Assembly: GCA_963843795.1 (NCBI GenBank)
Contig: CAWJLW010000006.1
Location: 3,174,375-3,238,374 of the forward strand
Direction: 5' to 3'
Source: an uncultured bacterium
Lineage (GTDB): Bacteria > Armatimonadota > Abditibacteriia > Abditibacteriales > Abditibacteriaceae
DNA length: 64,000 nt
Position 1 is the stretch's first letter. Every line of letters starts with the position of its first letter. Both the position numbers and the translations under genes were made by a program. Positions 39,789-49,971 of this stretch are shown here, one piece after another. Below the pieces are notes generated by a model, which was not told the DNA's origin, did no database searches, and saw only the letters and a program-made list of their open reading frames with translations.

Positions 39789-40743
39789 ATGATTGTCCCA
39801 ACAAAAGAACTTTTCAAACTGGCTTACGGCAAATACGCTATTGGCGCTTACAACATCAACAACCTGGAACAAACCATGGGCTTGTTCCAAGGCTGCATTG
39901 ATTCCAAAGCGCCGTTTATCATTCAGATTTCCAAAGGCGCGCGCGCTTACACCGATAAAGCGATGCTCGAAGGCATTATCCGCAGCGCCGAAGAAGTGTT
40001 CCCCGAAGCGATTTTCGCCGTCCATTTGGATCACGGCGACGAGCAGACTTGCTACGATTGCATCAACTCCGGTTTTTATTCCAGCGTGATGATCGACGCT
40101 TCGCACGATCCGTTTGAAGAAAACGTCGCCATCACCAAGCGCGTGGTCGAAGCTGCACACGCCAAAGGCATTTCGGTCGAAGCCGAATTGGGAATGCTGG
40201 GCGGCGTTGAAGAAGACATTCAAGTCGATGAAAAGAACGCCAACCTGACCGATCCCGACGAAGCCGAAGAATTCATCAAACAGTCTGGCTGCGATTCGCT
40301 TGCGGTCGCGATTGGCACTTCGCACGGCGCCTACAAATTCAGCGGCGGACAAGGTTTGCATTTCGACCGCATCAAAGAAATCGCCAAGCGCGTTCCCGGC
40401 TTTCCGCTGGTGATGCACGGCAGTTCGAGCGTGCCGCAGGAAGAAGTGCGCCGCATCAACGAAGCGGGCGGCAAACTGAAAGAAGGCGCCAAAGGCGTCG
40501 ATGCCGATGAATATTTGCCCGCCGCCAAACTCGGCGTCACCAAAGTCAACGTCGATACCGATGGCCGTTTGGTGTGGACGCGCGTTCACCGCGAATACTT
40601 CAACGCACAAGCCCGAAGAATTCGACTTGCGCGGCCCCGGCAAAATTTTCATCGCCGAATACGCCAAGTTCATCGCCGCCAAAAACGAAAAGCTCGGCTC
40701 GGCTGGCACGTTGGATGAAGTGCGCGCCGCCTTGCAAAAATAA
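39789..40743 (+). CDS. fba: Class II fructose-bisphosphate aldolase (apparent indel near 40605)
   Basis: VHLDHG, SSVMIDAS, GTSHGAYKF, LVMHGSS, KVNVDTD; the shifted frame gives KPEEFDLRGPG...LGSAG. Confidence 0.93.
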
Positions 40744-40756
40744 GCCTTTCTTAGAA

Positions 40757-40796
40757 GCAAAACGCCCGCTGCAAGTACTTGCAGCGGGCGTTTTGC
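40757..40796. terminator. 40-bp perfect palindrome centred on the repeat; bidirectional terminator-like
   Basis: GCAAAACGCCCGCTGCAAGT|ACTTGCAGCGGGCGTTTTGC between convergent fba and the PepSY gene. Confidence 0.75.
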
Positions 40797-40807
40797 ATTC
40801 GATTCTG

Positions 40808-42019
40808 CTAATTCGACGATAACTTTTTCGTCCTCAGGCTTTTGCGTTTCTGGTTCCACCACATCCATACGCCGGTAATGAACAAACCTGTCGGCATCAA
40901 GCCAGCAAAGGTGTAAACCAGCTTCGATAGCACACCGCCGAATTCGCCCAGATGCAGCAAACGCGTCCAGCCTCGCGCATCAACACCGCTGTCGCGTGTA
41001 GCTGTGTTCACAATTTGGCCGCGATATGGGTCGAGAAAAACCGTTTCACTATTGCTTAGGCCAAACGGTTTCTGAAAAGTAACCGCGATGGCTTGATTAG
41101 TGCGCGCTGGAAATTGCAAACGCGACAGTTCGTAATTGGGGCGCAAAGCGCGCGCGATCTCCAGAATCGAATCGGGCGTTAAACGCTCGCCACGTATTTC
41201 CACAACTGGCGTTTCCTCTTGTCCGCGTGCGCCGCCGCGTTGTGCGCCGCGTGCGGCGGGCGCAGAAGTTTCTTCGCTGAGAAACGCGCGCAAACCGCCA
41301 TCAGCAGCGATGTGTTGATAAACCAGCATCGCACCGGTCAGCGTGGTGACAAACAAAATCCCATACAGATAAATGCCCATCACGTTGTGCAAATCGTATA
41401 AGGTGCGTTTGAGAGAAGCGCCACGTTTTACCTGCACGCGCGCTTTGAGTTGTGCCACATTTTTCGGCCACCACAACCACAAGCCCGACAGCACCAGTGG
41501 AATCGCTAGCAGATTTAAAAAACCGTTCGCCACGTAACCGCGCGCACCCGCAATCAAGCGCTGATGGAACTGTTGAATCGTGCCCACACGAGTTTCGCGC
41601 GTGTTCACGTTGGAATACACGCGTGCCGAATAAGGATCGATTAAAGTCACTGGTCCACGACGTACGTTGCCTCGTGCGACGGCATAATACGGCATTCGAT
41701 GGGTGGGAATTGTGATATTTAACGCTTGCTGCGCGCTATCGGCGCGTGCTGCTTGCGGGCGCACTGATGGGCGCTCTGCTTGTGGGCGCGTTCCGATAGC
41801 GATGGCATCAGCAAGCGGAAACATTTTGGCATTGAAGCTAGGTTTTTCGATTGGAAATTTCGCGCGCAATTCCATTGCACTCAATTCGCTGCGCCAAGCC
41901 AGCACGCTGCCACTCAGCCCAATCAGCGAAAACCACAGGCCAATAACGAGACCTAGCCACAAATGCACAATGAGAAAAACGCGCCGCGCGCGGTGCGACA
42001 ACCAAACGCGAGTATTCAT
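40808..42019 (-). CDS. PepSY-associated TM-helix domain protein
   Basis: HLWLGL, SGLWLWWP, YDLHNVMG, LHLGEFGG. Confidence 0.9.
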   Translation of the reverse strand: MNTRVWLSHRARRVFLIVHLWLGLVIGLWFSLIGLSGSVLAWRSELSAMELRAKFPIEKPSFNAKMFPLADAIAIGTRPQAERPSVRPQAARADSAQQALNITIPTHRMPYYAVARGNVRRGPVTLIDPYSARVYSNVNTRETRVGTIQQFHQRLIAGARGYVANGFLNLLAIPLVLSGLWLWWPKNVAQLKARVQVKRGASLKRTLYDLHNVMGIYLYGILFVTTLTGAMLVYQHIAADGGLRAFLSEETSAPAARGAQRGGARGQEETPVVEIRGERLTPDSILEIARALRPNYELSRLQFPARTNQAIAVTFQKPFGLSNSETVFLDPYRGQIVNTATRDSGVDARGWTRLLHLGEFGGVLSKLVYTFAGLMPTGLFITGVWMWWNQKRKSLRTKKLSSN

Positions 42020-42070
42020 GATGTTCTTCCTTCAAGGGCATTATGCAAGTACTCTGCAGCGCCCTTGTAA

Positions 42071-42814
42071 TCAATAACTCGCGCGTGGATCGAAACTGCC
42101 CTTGAGTGGCGGGTCGAAGCTGTAGTCGATTTTGTAAGCCTGCGACCATTTTGTCCATTTGGCATGACCATCCAGATAGCCCGCATTGAAGCCTTCGAAA
42201 TGTGCCGAAACATTCAAATCTCCCGGTTTATCCTGCGTGCCGCCTTTCCAATCGCCCGCGTAAGCATAACCCGGCACCGGATAAGCGAAAGCGTGAAAAT
42301 AGCTGCCCGTCCAATTGTTCGGGCTTTCCGCCATATAAATCACCGAAGCGGGCGATTGCACGTTCGCAATATGGCTGCTTTTCAAACCGCTGGCGTTCCA
42401 CGGGTTGGTGCTGGGCGTCGCGCTGGGCGCAGAGGCCGGAAAGAATCCGTTCAAAACATAAGTCGTAACGCGATAATTTCCGCTTTCGTTGGGCGCATCC
42501 CACAGCGCGCTGGAATCGCTGGGACAACGCAGAATTTGTGCACTTTTCAAATACGGTTGCATCGCGCCCAATGGCCACGCGGTTTCGCCCTTGTTGGGCG
42601 GAAACTGATCGTCGTTGTCCTGAAAATACTGCACATAACCCAAACCGATCTGCTTCTGATTCGACAAACACGAAATGCGCCGCGCATTTTCGCGTGCCCG
42701 CGCAAACACGGGAAACAAAATCGCCGCCAAAATCGAAATGATCGCAATCACGACCAAAAGTTCGATCAAGGTAAAGCCGCGCTGCGAGCGCTTGAGAAAG
42801 CTGCCAGGGAACAT
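42071..42814 (-). CDS. DUF1559 prepilin-type N-terminal cleavage/methylation protein with H-X9-DG motif
   Basis: [52 protein letters not shown]. Confidence 0.93.
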   Translation of the reverse strand: MFPGSFLKRSQRGFTLIELLVVIAIISILAAILFPVFARARENARRISCLSNQKQIGLGYVQYFQDNDDQFPPNKGETAWPLGAMQPYLKSAQILRCPSDSSALWDAPNESGNYRVTTYVLNGFFPASAPSATPSTNPWNASGLKSSHIANVQSPASVIYMAESPNNWTGSYFHAFAYPVPGYAYAGDWKGGTQDKPGDLNVSAHFEGFNAGYLDGHAKWTKWSQAYKIDYSFDPPLKGSFDPRASY

Positions 42815-43140
42815 CAAAATCCTGCTTGTAGCACGCAGCGGTGAAATCGGGTCGCTGCGCGTTGAGACAAAGCGCCGCCTGTGATAGCCTGAAGATGTTG
42901 CGTCGTTCGAGCTTTTCGGCGACCGATGGAAGCGTGACCCCCACGCTTCCGGCGCGCTGAGTTGTGTCAGCAACTTCAGCGCGCCCCTTCGTTTTTCTCG
43001 TACCAATTCCACCCATTTTTCATTTCCGACTAAAACACTCGGAATTGATACGCAACACAATATAAACCGTCTGCGTTTGCGTTGCAACCGTTGCCCCGAC
43101 TTTTTTTCGATTCCTGATTTATAGCTGTGATTGCCCGCTT

Positions 43141-43923
43141 ATGGAATTCACCCGATTTTCTTCTCTGTTTGCCATTCCTCATCTGCAGCACGCCATCACG
43201 CAACGGCACAGCGGCGTTTCTGCGGCTCCATTCGCATCACTCAATCTCGGCCTGCACGTTGGCGATAATGAAAACGCGGTGCGCAAAAATCGTGAAATCG
43301 TCGCCCGCGAGTTGGATTACGCCGCGCACGATTGCGTTTTCGCGCAACAAACACACGGCACCAATGCGCACATCGTCACGCCCGCAGATCGCGGTCGCGG
43401 CGCGCAGAATTTCGCGAACGCTCTACCCGATTGCGATGCGATAATCGTCGGCGTTGCAGATGTGCCCGCAATGATTCTGGTGGCCGATTGCGCGCCACTT
43501 TTGTTCGTTGATGCGCGTCTGCAAGTACTTGCAACCGTTCACGCCGGTTGGCGTGGCGCGAGCGCGGGTATCGCGCGAAAAACCATCGCGAAAATGTGCG
43601 GGGAATTGGGGTGCAATGCGGCCGATATTCGCGTGGGAATCGGCCCGTGTTTGTGTGTCGATTGTTTAGAAATCGGCGAAGAAGTGGCCGCGCAAATACT
43701 TGCAGCAGGTAATGCAAGTACTTGCATCATACGTGAAAATTACGAAAAGCCACATTTGGATTTGCGGCGTTTGCTAATTGATGATTTGGCGCGCGTGCAA
43801 GTACTTGCGGGGCAGATTGAAGCGTTGGATATTTGTCCGCGTTGTGCCAATGACGATTATTTTTCGTATCGCGGCGATGGCGGCACGACGGGACGTTTTG
43901 GGTTGGTCGCATGGTGGAATTGA
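43141..43923 (+). CDS. pgeF: Peptidoglycan editing factor / purine nucleoside phosphorylase (YfiH/PgeF)
   Basis: SLNLG, QTHG, ADCAP, HAGWRG, IGP, FSYR. Confidence 0.92.
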   Translation: MEFTRFSSLFAIPHLQHAITQRHSGVSAAPFASLNLGLHVGDNENAVRKNREIVARELDYAAHDCVFAQQTHGTNAHIVTPADRGRGAQNFANALPDCDAIIVGVADVPAMILVADCAPLLFVDARLQVLATVHAGWRGASAGIARKTIAKMCGELGCNAADIRVGIGPCLCVDCLEIGEEVAAQILAAGNASTCIIRENYEKPHLDLRRLLIDDLARVQVLAGQIEALDICPRCANDDYFSYRGDGGTTGRFGLVAWWN

Positions 43924-43926
43924 AAG

Positions 43927-43964
43927 AAAACGAGCGCGGATTCCTGAGAAACCGCGCTCGTTTT
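43927..43964. terminator. Bidirectional terminator
   Basis: AAAACGAGCGCGG-loop-CCGCGCTCGTTTT between convergent genes. Confidence 0.75.
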
Positions 43965-43996
43965 GCGGCTGCAAGTACTTGCAGCTAACAGGAAAT

Positions 43997-44908
43997 TTAC
44001 GGTTCGACCTGCACTTGCATCATTTGCATATCATCGAAGCTGGTCGGCTCAAAATCTACGTTGACAACCGGCAGAAAAGGGTCATCGTAACGCGATTTTT
44101 GTTGATTTTTCACGCCTAAATTTTTCATTGTGCCATCGGGCAAAATCAAATTCGCTTGCAATCTGTATAAGCCAACGGGAATATCGGTGAGGTGCCAGCC
44201 CAGACTGCTGGTAATGTCTTTAGCAAACGCGCGTTGAAAGGTTTTGGCTTTGCCGGTCGAGCCATCAATCAGTGAACCACGCGGCGTCATGGTGATGGTC
44301 AGCTTGGAACCCGCAGGAAAGTACACTTTGCCGCCAAAACCTTCTTCTTTACTGGTCAAATACACATAACCGCCATAGTATTTGTTGCCTTCGGTGTGCG
44401 TGCCTTCTTCACCAGCTTTTTCGCCGGGCTTGAGGCCAGAGATCTTCCATACGAAATCTTTAATCACACCGGGCGCAGAGTCGTGTTTTTTCGCCGTCGT
44501 GCCATCTTTGGGCATTAAGGTGAAACGGTAATTTTTCCCGTTGTATCTGGTTTTGTAATACGCGCTCGCGCCGTAAATGCCTTCGGGCACACGCTGCGAA
44601 AAACGCCCGTCTGCGCCAGTTTCCAGTGAAAAGCTCGTGTTGGCGCCAGCCATCGTTGTTCCATACAAACTGATTTCCGCGCCCGCAAGAGGTTTGCCTG
44701 CCGTATTGGTGACGCGCCCGATAATATAACCGGGACGGCGCGCCGGAGCCGCTTTCTTCGCAGCCGGAGCTAATTTTTTAACTGGCTTTTTCGCCGGAGC
44801 TGCCAACACACCGAAATTGAACGACGAAGTGCAAATTAACGCTGCTGTGGAAGCCAGAACGCGATAGGAACACGGAATTTGATTGTAACTCTTTAGCACA
44901 GAAAACAT
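43997..44908 (-). CDS. Secreted protein with a carboxypeptidase-regulatory-like beta-sandwich domain
   Basis: IIGRVTNTAGKPLAGAEI...TGADGRF...PEGIY; start uncertain. Confidence 0.65.
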   Translation of the reverse strand: MFSVLKSYNQIPCSYRVLASTAALICTSSFNFGVLAAPAKKPVKKLAPAAKKAAPARRPGYIIGRVTNTAGKPLAGAEISLYGTTMAGANTSFSLETGADGRFSQRVPEGIYGASAYYKTRYNGKNYRFTLMPKDGTTAKKHDSAPGVIKDFVWKISGLKPGEKAGEEGTHTEGNKYYGGYVYLTSKEEGFGGKVYFPAGSKLTITMTPRGSLIDGSTGKAKTFQRAFAKDITSSLGWHLTDIPVGLYRLQANLILPDGTMKNLGVKNQQKSRYDDPFLPVVNVDFEPTSFDDMQMMQVQVEP

Positions 44909-44934
44909 CCTCCGAAAGTTGATAATGCAAAAAA

Positions 44935-46164
44935 TTATACAAATTTTAGCGGCGTGAAATTGCCGCCCAGCACTTTGCCCGCATCTGTCCCCAGCCAATT
45001 CCCCAGCAGCGTGCTATATACGCTGCGGAAATCCGTCGTGAATTTCAAATCGCCATCGTCCAAATCTTCCAGGCTCGGATACGCGCCATAAACGCCACCT
45101 TTGAGACTGGAACCAACCACGAACATCGGCCCCGCCGCGCCGTGATCGGTGCCGTGCGAGCCGTTTTCTTTGACGCGGCGGCCAAATTCGGAAAACGTCA
45201 TCAACATCACGTCTTTGTCGCGCCCTTGTAAGGCCAAATCGCGATAAAACGCGGCGATGGCATCAGCGACTTGGCCGAGCAAATACGCGTGGCCGCCGGG
45301 CTGATTGGCGTGCGTATCGAAGCCACCGATGCTGAGATAATAAATGCGCGTTGGCACTTCGCCCGTCACCAAACGAGCTACGGTTTTCAAGCCTTCGCCC
45401 AAACCGTTATTGCGCGGATAATCGGCCTTGTCGCCCGCTTTGTAATCGTAGCGTTTGATGGCCTCGCGAATCAAATCGCTCGATTGATAAGTTTCCTGGC
45501 CGACCTGACGCACGAATTCTGCCGGGCCATTGGCAACAGTGCCTTGCGAATATAATTCGCGTAGCGCGGTGAGTTGTTTGTCGCGGTCGTCGGCGCGAAT
45601 GTTGAAGCCGAAATCGTTGACGTTGCCAATGACTGAAGCCGGACTGGCTTCTTTCCACAACGCTAAAGGCAAGGTTGAACCCAGCGTGACGCCAGAAAGC
45701 GGGTCGCTTTTGAGATGCCCCATTTCATCGAAATAGCGCGCCATCCAGCCGGTGCGCTCGACGTTGGTGTGATTGGGGTCGCCGGTCTGCCAGATGTCCA
45801 TCGACTCGAAATGGCTGCGGTTGGGCTGCGGATAACCCGCGCCATTGACAATCGCCACTTGCCCCCGTTCAAACATTTCGCCCAGCGGCTTCAAATTCGG
45901 GTGCAGCGCCAAGTTATTGCCGATTTTCACCGCATCGTTTTCTTTGATGCCGATATTGGGGCGCGCTTTGGCATAGTTGGCGTCGCTGATGGGAATCACG
46001 GTGTTGAGGCCGTCGTTGCCGCCGGACATCTCGAGCACGACCAAAATTTTGCCGGTTTTGGTGGTTTGCGCCGAAGCGGCCTGCATCAGAAAGTTGGGCA
46101 TGGTCAGGCTCAGCGAAATGAAACTGAGGCCACTGCCAATAAAACGACGGCGTGTGTGAGACAT
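44935..46164 (-). CDS. DUF1501 domain protein (Tat signal)
   Basis: TRRRFI, GGNDGLNTVIP, RSHF, GGFDTH, SEFGRR, GTDHG. Confidence 0.93.
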   Translation of the reverse strand: MSHTRRRFIGSGLSFISLSLTMPNFLMQAASAQTTKTGKILVVLEMSGGNDGLNTVIPISDANYAKARPNIGIKENDAVKIGNNLALHPNLKPLGEMFERGQVAIVNGAGYPQPNRSHFESMDIWQTGDPNHTNVERTGWMARYFDEMGHLKSDPLSGVTLGSTLPLALWKEASPASVIGNVNDFGFNIRADDRDKQLTALRELYSQGTVANGPAEFVRQVGQETYQSSDLIREAIKRYDYKAGDKADYPRNNGLGEGLKTVARLVTGEVPTRIYYLSIGGFDTHANQPGGHAYLLGQVADAIAAFYRDLALQGRDKDVMLMTFSEFGRRVKENGSHGTDHGAAGPMFVVGSSLKGGVYGAYPSLEDLDDGDLKFTTDFRSVYSTLLGNWLGTDAGKVLGGNFTPLKFV

Positions 46165-46247
46165 AATTTTCCTTGTGATTTCACCCAATTCTGTGTGCAA
46201 CTTCTCCTGCAAGTACTTGCAGCGCGATCTCGGCGCGAAATAATATA

Positions 46248-47766
46248 TCAAGCCAATTGATATTCAGGTGTCGAGAGAATCAAGTTCAGTAACCCGGGCA
46301 GTTTCTGCGCGACGGCGCCGCGCACTTTGGGCGATGCCATCGCGCTTCCAGATTTCATCGTATCCGCGCCCAATTGTGGCAACTTTGGTTTATTATCGCT
46401 GCCATTCATCATCGAAGCGCCCATCGCATTCATCGCGCCGCCGCCCATCATCGAACTATTCATAGCGGGCGCGCTTTCGGTTTCGGTTGAAGGCGTGGTT
46501 TCAGCAGCGGGAAAGCCGTCTTCGACATAAGTAATCAACGCCGCGCGAGTTTTGGACGTTGGCGTGCGCCCCGGCAAAAGCGCGTTCCACAACGTATCAA
46601 CGGCTTGCGCGGGCGTTGTGATGCGATTGGAATCGCCGACAAAGCCGCTTTGCAACAATTTGGCAATCACGCCGCGCCGTTGCGCTTCGTAGGCTAATTC
46701 GGAAGAGAAATTGACGCGCGCCAACAGCGTGCGCGTGTTAATCCAGGTCGCGCCTTCGCGCCAGCCTTTCACGTCCGGCGGATTGAACAAATCCTGCCCC
46801 ATCGAACTAATGCGATTTTGTAGACCATTAGCCGCGCTCATCGGCGCATCCAAAGTGCGCATCGTTATCACCGCGAACTCGACCGGACTTTTGATGCGCG
46901 AATACAAGGCTTTGTCCGAATAAAACGCGGGCGAAGTGAAAAGCGCTTGCAAAACGGCGCGCAAATCGGTGTCGCTTCCGAAATAAGCGGCTTCGAGAGG
47001 CGCCAAATCTTGCGGGCTGGGATCGTCGTAGGCGAAGAAGCGCCACAGTTTCTGCGCCAAAAAGTTGGCGGTTTGCGGGCGACGACACAGCAAATCAATC
47101 ACGTCGTCTGCATGAAAATTACCGGTTTGTCCGAAAACGGTTTTCGCGCCATCGTCGTGCAAATTCGGATCATAAACGAAACTTTTCACACGATCTTCGT
47201 AGCGCCAGCCGGTGAACGAGCGCGCGGCTTCTTTGATGTCGGTTTCGCTGTAACCGCTGCCAACGCCCATCGAAAACAGTTCCATCACTTCGCGCGCAAA
47301 GTTTTCGTTGGGCGCAGCAGTTGCGATTATCGCGGCCATCAAGCCACACCAACATCGCCGGGTCGCGCGCCATTTGTTGCAGCAGCGTGCGAAAATTGCC
47401 CATTCCATACTGACGAAAGGTGTTGTTCTGATTCCACATCCAACGCGGGCGATCGACTTTGTAATTGGCGGTCGCGAAATGGTTGTGCCAGAAAAGCGTG
47501 ATTTTTTCTTCGAGCGGGCGCTTGGTGTGAACCATGCGATAAAGCCACCAGCTTTTCAGCGAATCGAGGTTTTCAAAATCGACGTAATCGCCGCCAATGG
47601 CTTGCAGCACGGCTTCGAGATTATCAGGCGTGCGTTCGGGATGCAGCAAACTTTCGGTCGCGCCCGCGACGCCCAATTTGCGCCACGCCTGCCATTCATC
47701 GGGCCGCGCACCGAAACCGGCGCGACGCAGCAAATGCGCCAATTTCACATCATCTCGTTCGCTCAT
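46248..47766 (-). CDS. DUF1800 domain protein (apparent +1 error near 47320)
   Basis: HLLRRAGFG, FWHNHFAT, DPAMLVWLD / PNENFAREVMELF, PPDVKGW, TPEYQL. Confidence 0.92.
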
Positions 47767-47878
47767 TTTCAAGTTCCTTATTCGGCCCCGCAAGTACTTG
47801 CAGCAACACTTTCGCGCCTAAACGGGCTCTACAACTACTTCTATGCACGCTTTATTCTCTACCCGTCACAAGCTGTTT

Positions 47879-48994
47879 ATGAACATGACGCGCCACTTTG
47901 GTTGCGTTTGCTTGCTCGTGTTAGCCGGTTGCCATTTCGCCCGCGCGCAAACTCTCGCCGGGGGCGATTTGCAGTCGTTAATCGTGCGTGATGGCATTGT
48001 CTGGACGTGGGGACACGGTGCCGATAACGCGCTCGGTGATGGCGACCGAAGCGACCGCGTGGCGCCCAAAGCCGTGCCGCGTTTGCTCGATGCTAAAGCG
48101 GTCGCAGCGGGTCGCGGCTTCGCGCTATCATTGAAAAACGATGGCACGGTCAACGCGTGGGGTTTGACGCACGGAACGAGCAAAGATGGCATCGTAACGC
48201 CGTATAGCGCGCCGATTGCGTACAACAAAGTCACGGGCATCGACCAAATCGCGTGCGGCGAAAGTTTCGCCCTCGCGCTGCGTAAAGATGGGCGTTTGTG
48301 GAGTTGGGGCAGTAACAATTCCGGTCAATTGGGCGACGGCACGCACCACGACCGCGCCACACCACAAATCATCGAAGCACCAACGTTAAAGTTCGTTGCC
48401 GCCGGTGCGCAGCACGCGTTGGGCGTGAAGATGGATGGCAGCGTCATTTCGTGGGGCAAAAATAGCGATGGACAATTGGGCGACGGCACCACCGATGAAC
48501 GCGTTACACCGATTGAAATCGAAGGTTTACGCGATGTAAAAAGCGTGGCGTGCGGCTGGAACTGGTCGCTGGCCTTGAAAAATGATGGCACTGTTTGGGG
48601 TTGGGGCAGCGCGCTGACCAATTGCGTCGGCGCGCTGGAAGAAGGCGAATCGCCTTTGATTACACGCCCGCGCCAATTGTTGAATCTCAGCGATGTGACG
48701 AGTTTGGCATGCGGCAATTGGCACGCGCTGGCTTTGAAAAAAGATGGCACAGTTTGGAGTTGGGGCAACAACGGCACCGGTCAATTGGGCGATGGCGGCA
48801 ACGAAAGCGGCCCGAATCCGCGCGCGGTGAAAGAGTTAAGCGATGTCGCACAAATCGCCTGTGGCAACTGGCATTCGATGGCATTGAAAAACGATGGTAC
48901 TTTATGGGTTTGGGGCAATAATTCGACGGGGCAATTGGGCGACGGCACGAAAGAAACGCGCAATGCACCAGTGAAAGTGAAATTTGCAGGTTGA
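47879..48994 (+). CDS. Secreted RCC1-repeat beta-propeller protein
   Basis: About 7 repeats of HALALKxDGTVWSWGxNxxGQLGDG. Confidence 0.93.
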   Translation: MNMTRHFGCVCLLVLAGCHFARAQTLAGGDLQSLIVRDGIVWTWGHGADNALGDGDRSDRVAPKAVPRLLDAKAVAAGRGFALSLKNDGTVNAWGLTHGTSKDGIVTPYSAPIAYNKVTGIDQIACGESFALALRKDGRLWSWGSNNSGQLGDGTHHDRATPQIIEAPTLKFVAAGAQHALGVKMDGSVISWGKNSDGQLGDGTTDERVTPIEIEGLRDVKSVACGWNWSLALKNDGTVWGWGSALTNCVGALEEGESPLITRPRQLLNLSDVTSLACGNWHALALKKDGTVWSWGNNGTGQLGDGGNESGPNPRAVKELSDVAQIACGNWHSMALKNDGTLWVWGNNSTGQLGDGTKETRNAPVKVKFAG

Positions 48995-49024
48995 AGAGAT
49001 GCTGCAAGTACTTGCAGCACGCTT

Positions 49025-49585
49025 TCAAGCCCGTTCGTTCAAACTTTCGACTGCGTAACGATAAATCGCCATCAAACTCATGCTGTCGGTAATTTCGCCG
49101 CTGCGCGCCATTTCCAAAACCTGCACAAACGGGACGCGCCGAATTTGTAAATCTTCCGTGCCTTCGGGCTGCGCTTCTCGTTGCTCCAATTCGGTTGCCA
49201 GAAAAACGAAACCTTCTTCGTCGGTCACCGAATTCGATAGATGAATGCGACCCAGTGCAATCCATTTGTGCGCGACCAAACCAGTTTCTTCGCGCAGTTC
49301 GCGCACGGCGGCTTCGAGAATCGTTTCCTCGGGGCCACAACCGCCTTCGGGAATTTCCCAAGAATATTCGTCCAGCGTGTAACGAAACTGACCGACTAAA
49401 GTAACAGTGCCATCTTCGTGCAGCGGCAAAATGCCGATGGCGCGATTTTTCATCGACACCACGCCGTAAATGCCCGCTTTGCCATCGGGCCGTAGCACAT
49501 CATCTTCGCGCACCCTAATCCACGCGTTGTCGTAAATATCGCGCGTGTTTAAAGTGCTCCAAGTGTTTTCAAATCGTTCAAGCAT
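49025..49585 (-). CDS. NUDIX hydrolase (ADP-ribose pyrophosphatase-like)
   Basis: WEIPEGG...AAVRELREETG Nudix box. Confidence 0.92.
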   Translation of the reverse strand: MLERFENTWSTLNTRDIYDNAWIRVREDDVLRPDGKAGIYGVVSMKNRAIGILPLHEDGTVTLVGQFRYTLDEYSWEIPEGGCGPEETILEAAVRELREETGLVAHKWIALGRIHLSNSVTDEEGFVFLATELEQREAQPEGTEDLQIRRVPFVQVLEMARSGEITDSMSLMAIYRYAVESLNERA

Positions 49586-49620
49586 AATCGAAAATGCGCT
49601 GCAAGTACTTGCAGCGCGGT

Positions 49621-49935
49621 TTATGAATTTTGTGCGGGTGCACCAAACGGATGAGTCCGGCTTTGGCGCACGAACACTAATGGGCCCCAATAATGGCTTT
49701 GATAAGTGTCGGTCGTTGCATAATCCGTGTAGTAATCGCCAGAAGTGACGCGCTGTTCCACGCCGATACTTTGCTGCATCGCAGTGCCAATATGCCACTG
49801 ATCGCGCGGCAAAATGCGCACGAAAAAATGCACACCGCTCTGAGCTTGGATCTTCAAAAACAGCCAACTTCCCACCAACACGCTGAAGCTGAGGAAAATA
49901 CCTACGCGCAGCAGCGTTCGATTTCGATTCTCCAT
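49621..49935 (-). CDS. Small hypothetical protein with an N-terminal TM segment
   Basis: 104-aa ORF filling the gap in a co-oriented run; no motif recognised. Confidence 0.5.
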   Translation of the reverse strand: MENRNRTLLRVGIFLSFSVLVGSWLFLKIQAQSGVHFFVRILPRDQWHIGTAMQQSIGVEQRVTSGDYYTDYATTDTYQSHYWGPLVFVRQSRTHPFGAPAQNS

Positions 49936-49971
49936 CACACTTTTTCCTGCTGCAAGTACTTGCTGCACGCT

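Noticed and set aside
47960..48980. Repeated DNA segments in the RCC1 gene
   Set aside because: Explained by protein propeller repeats.
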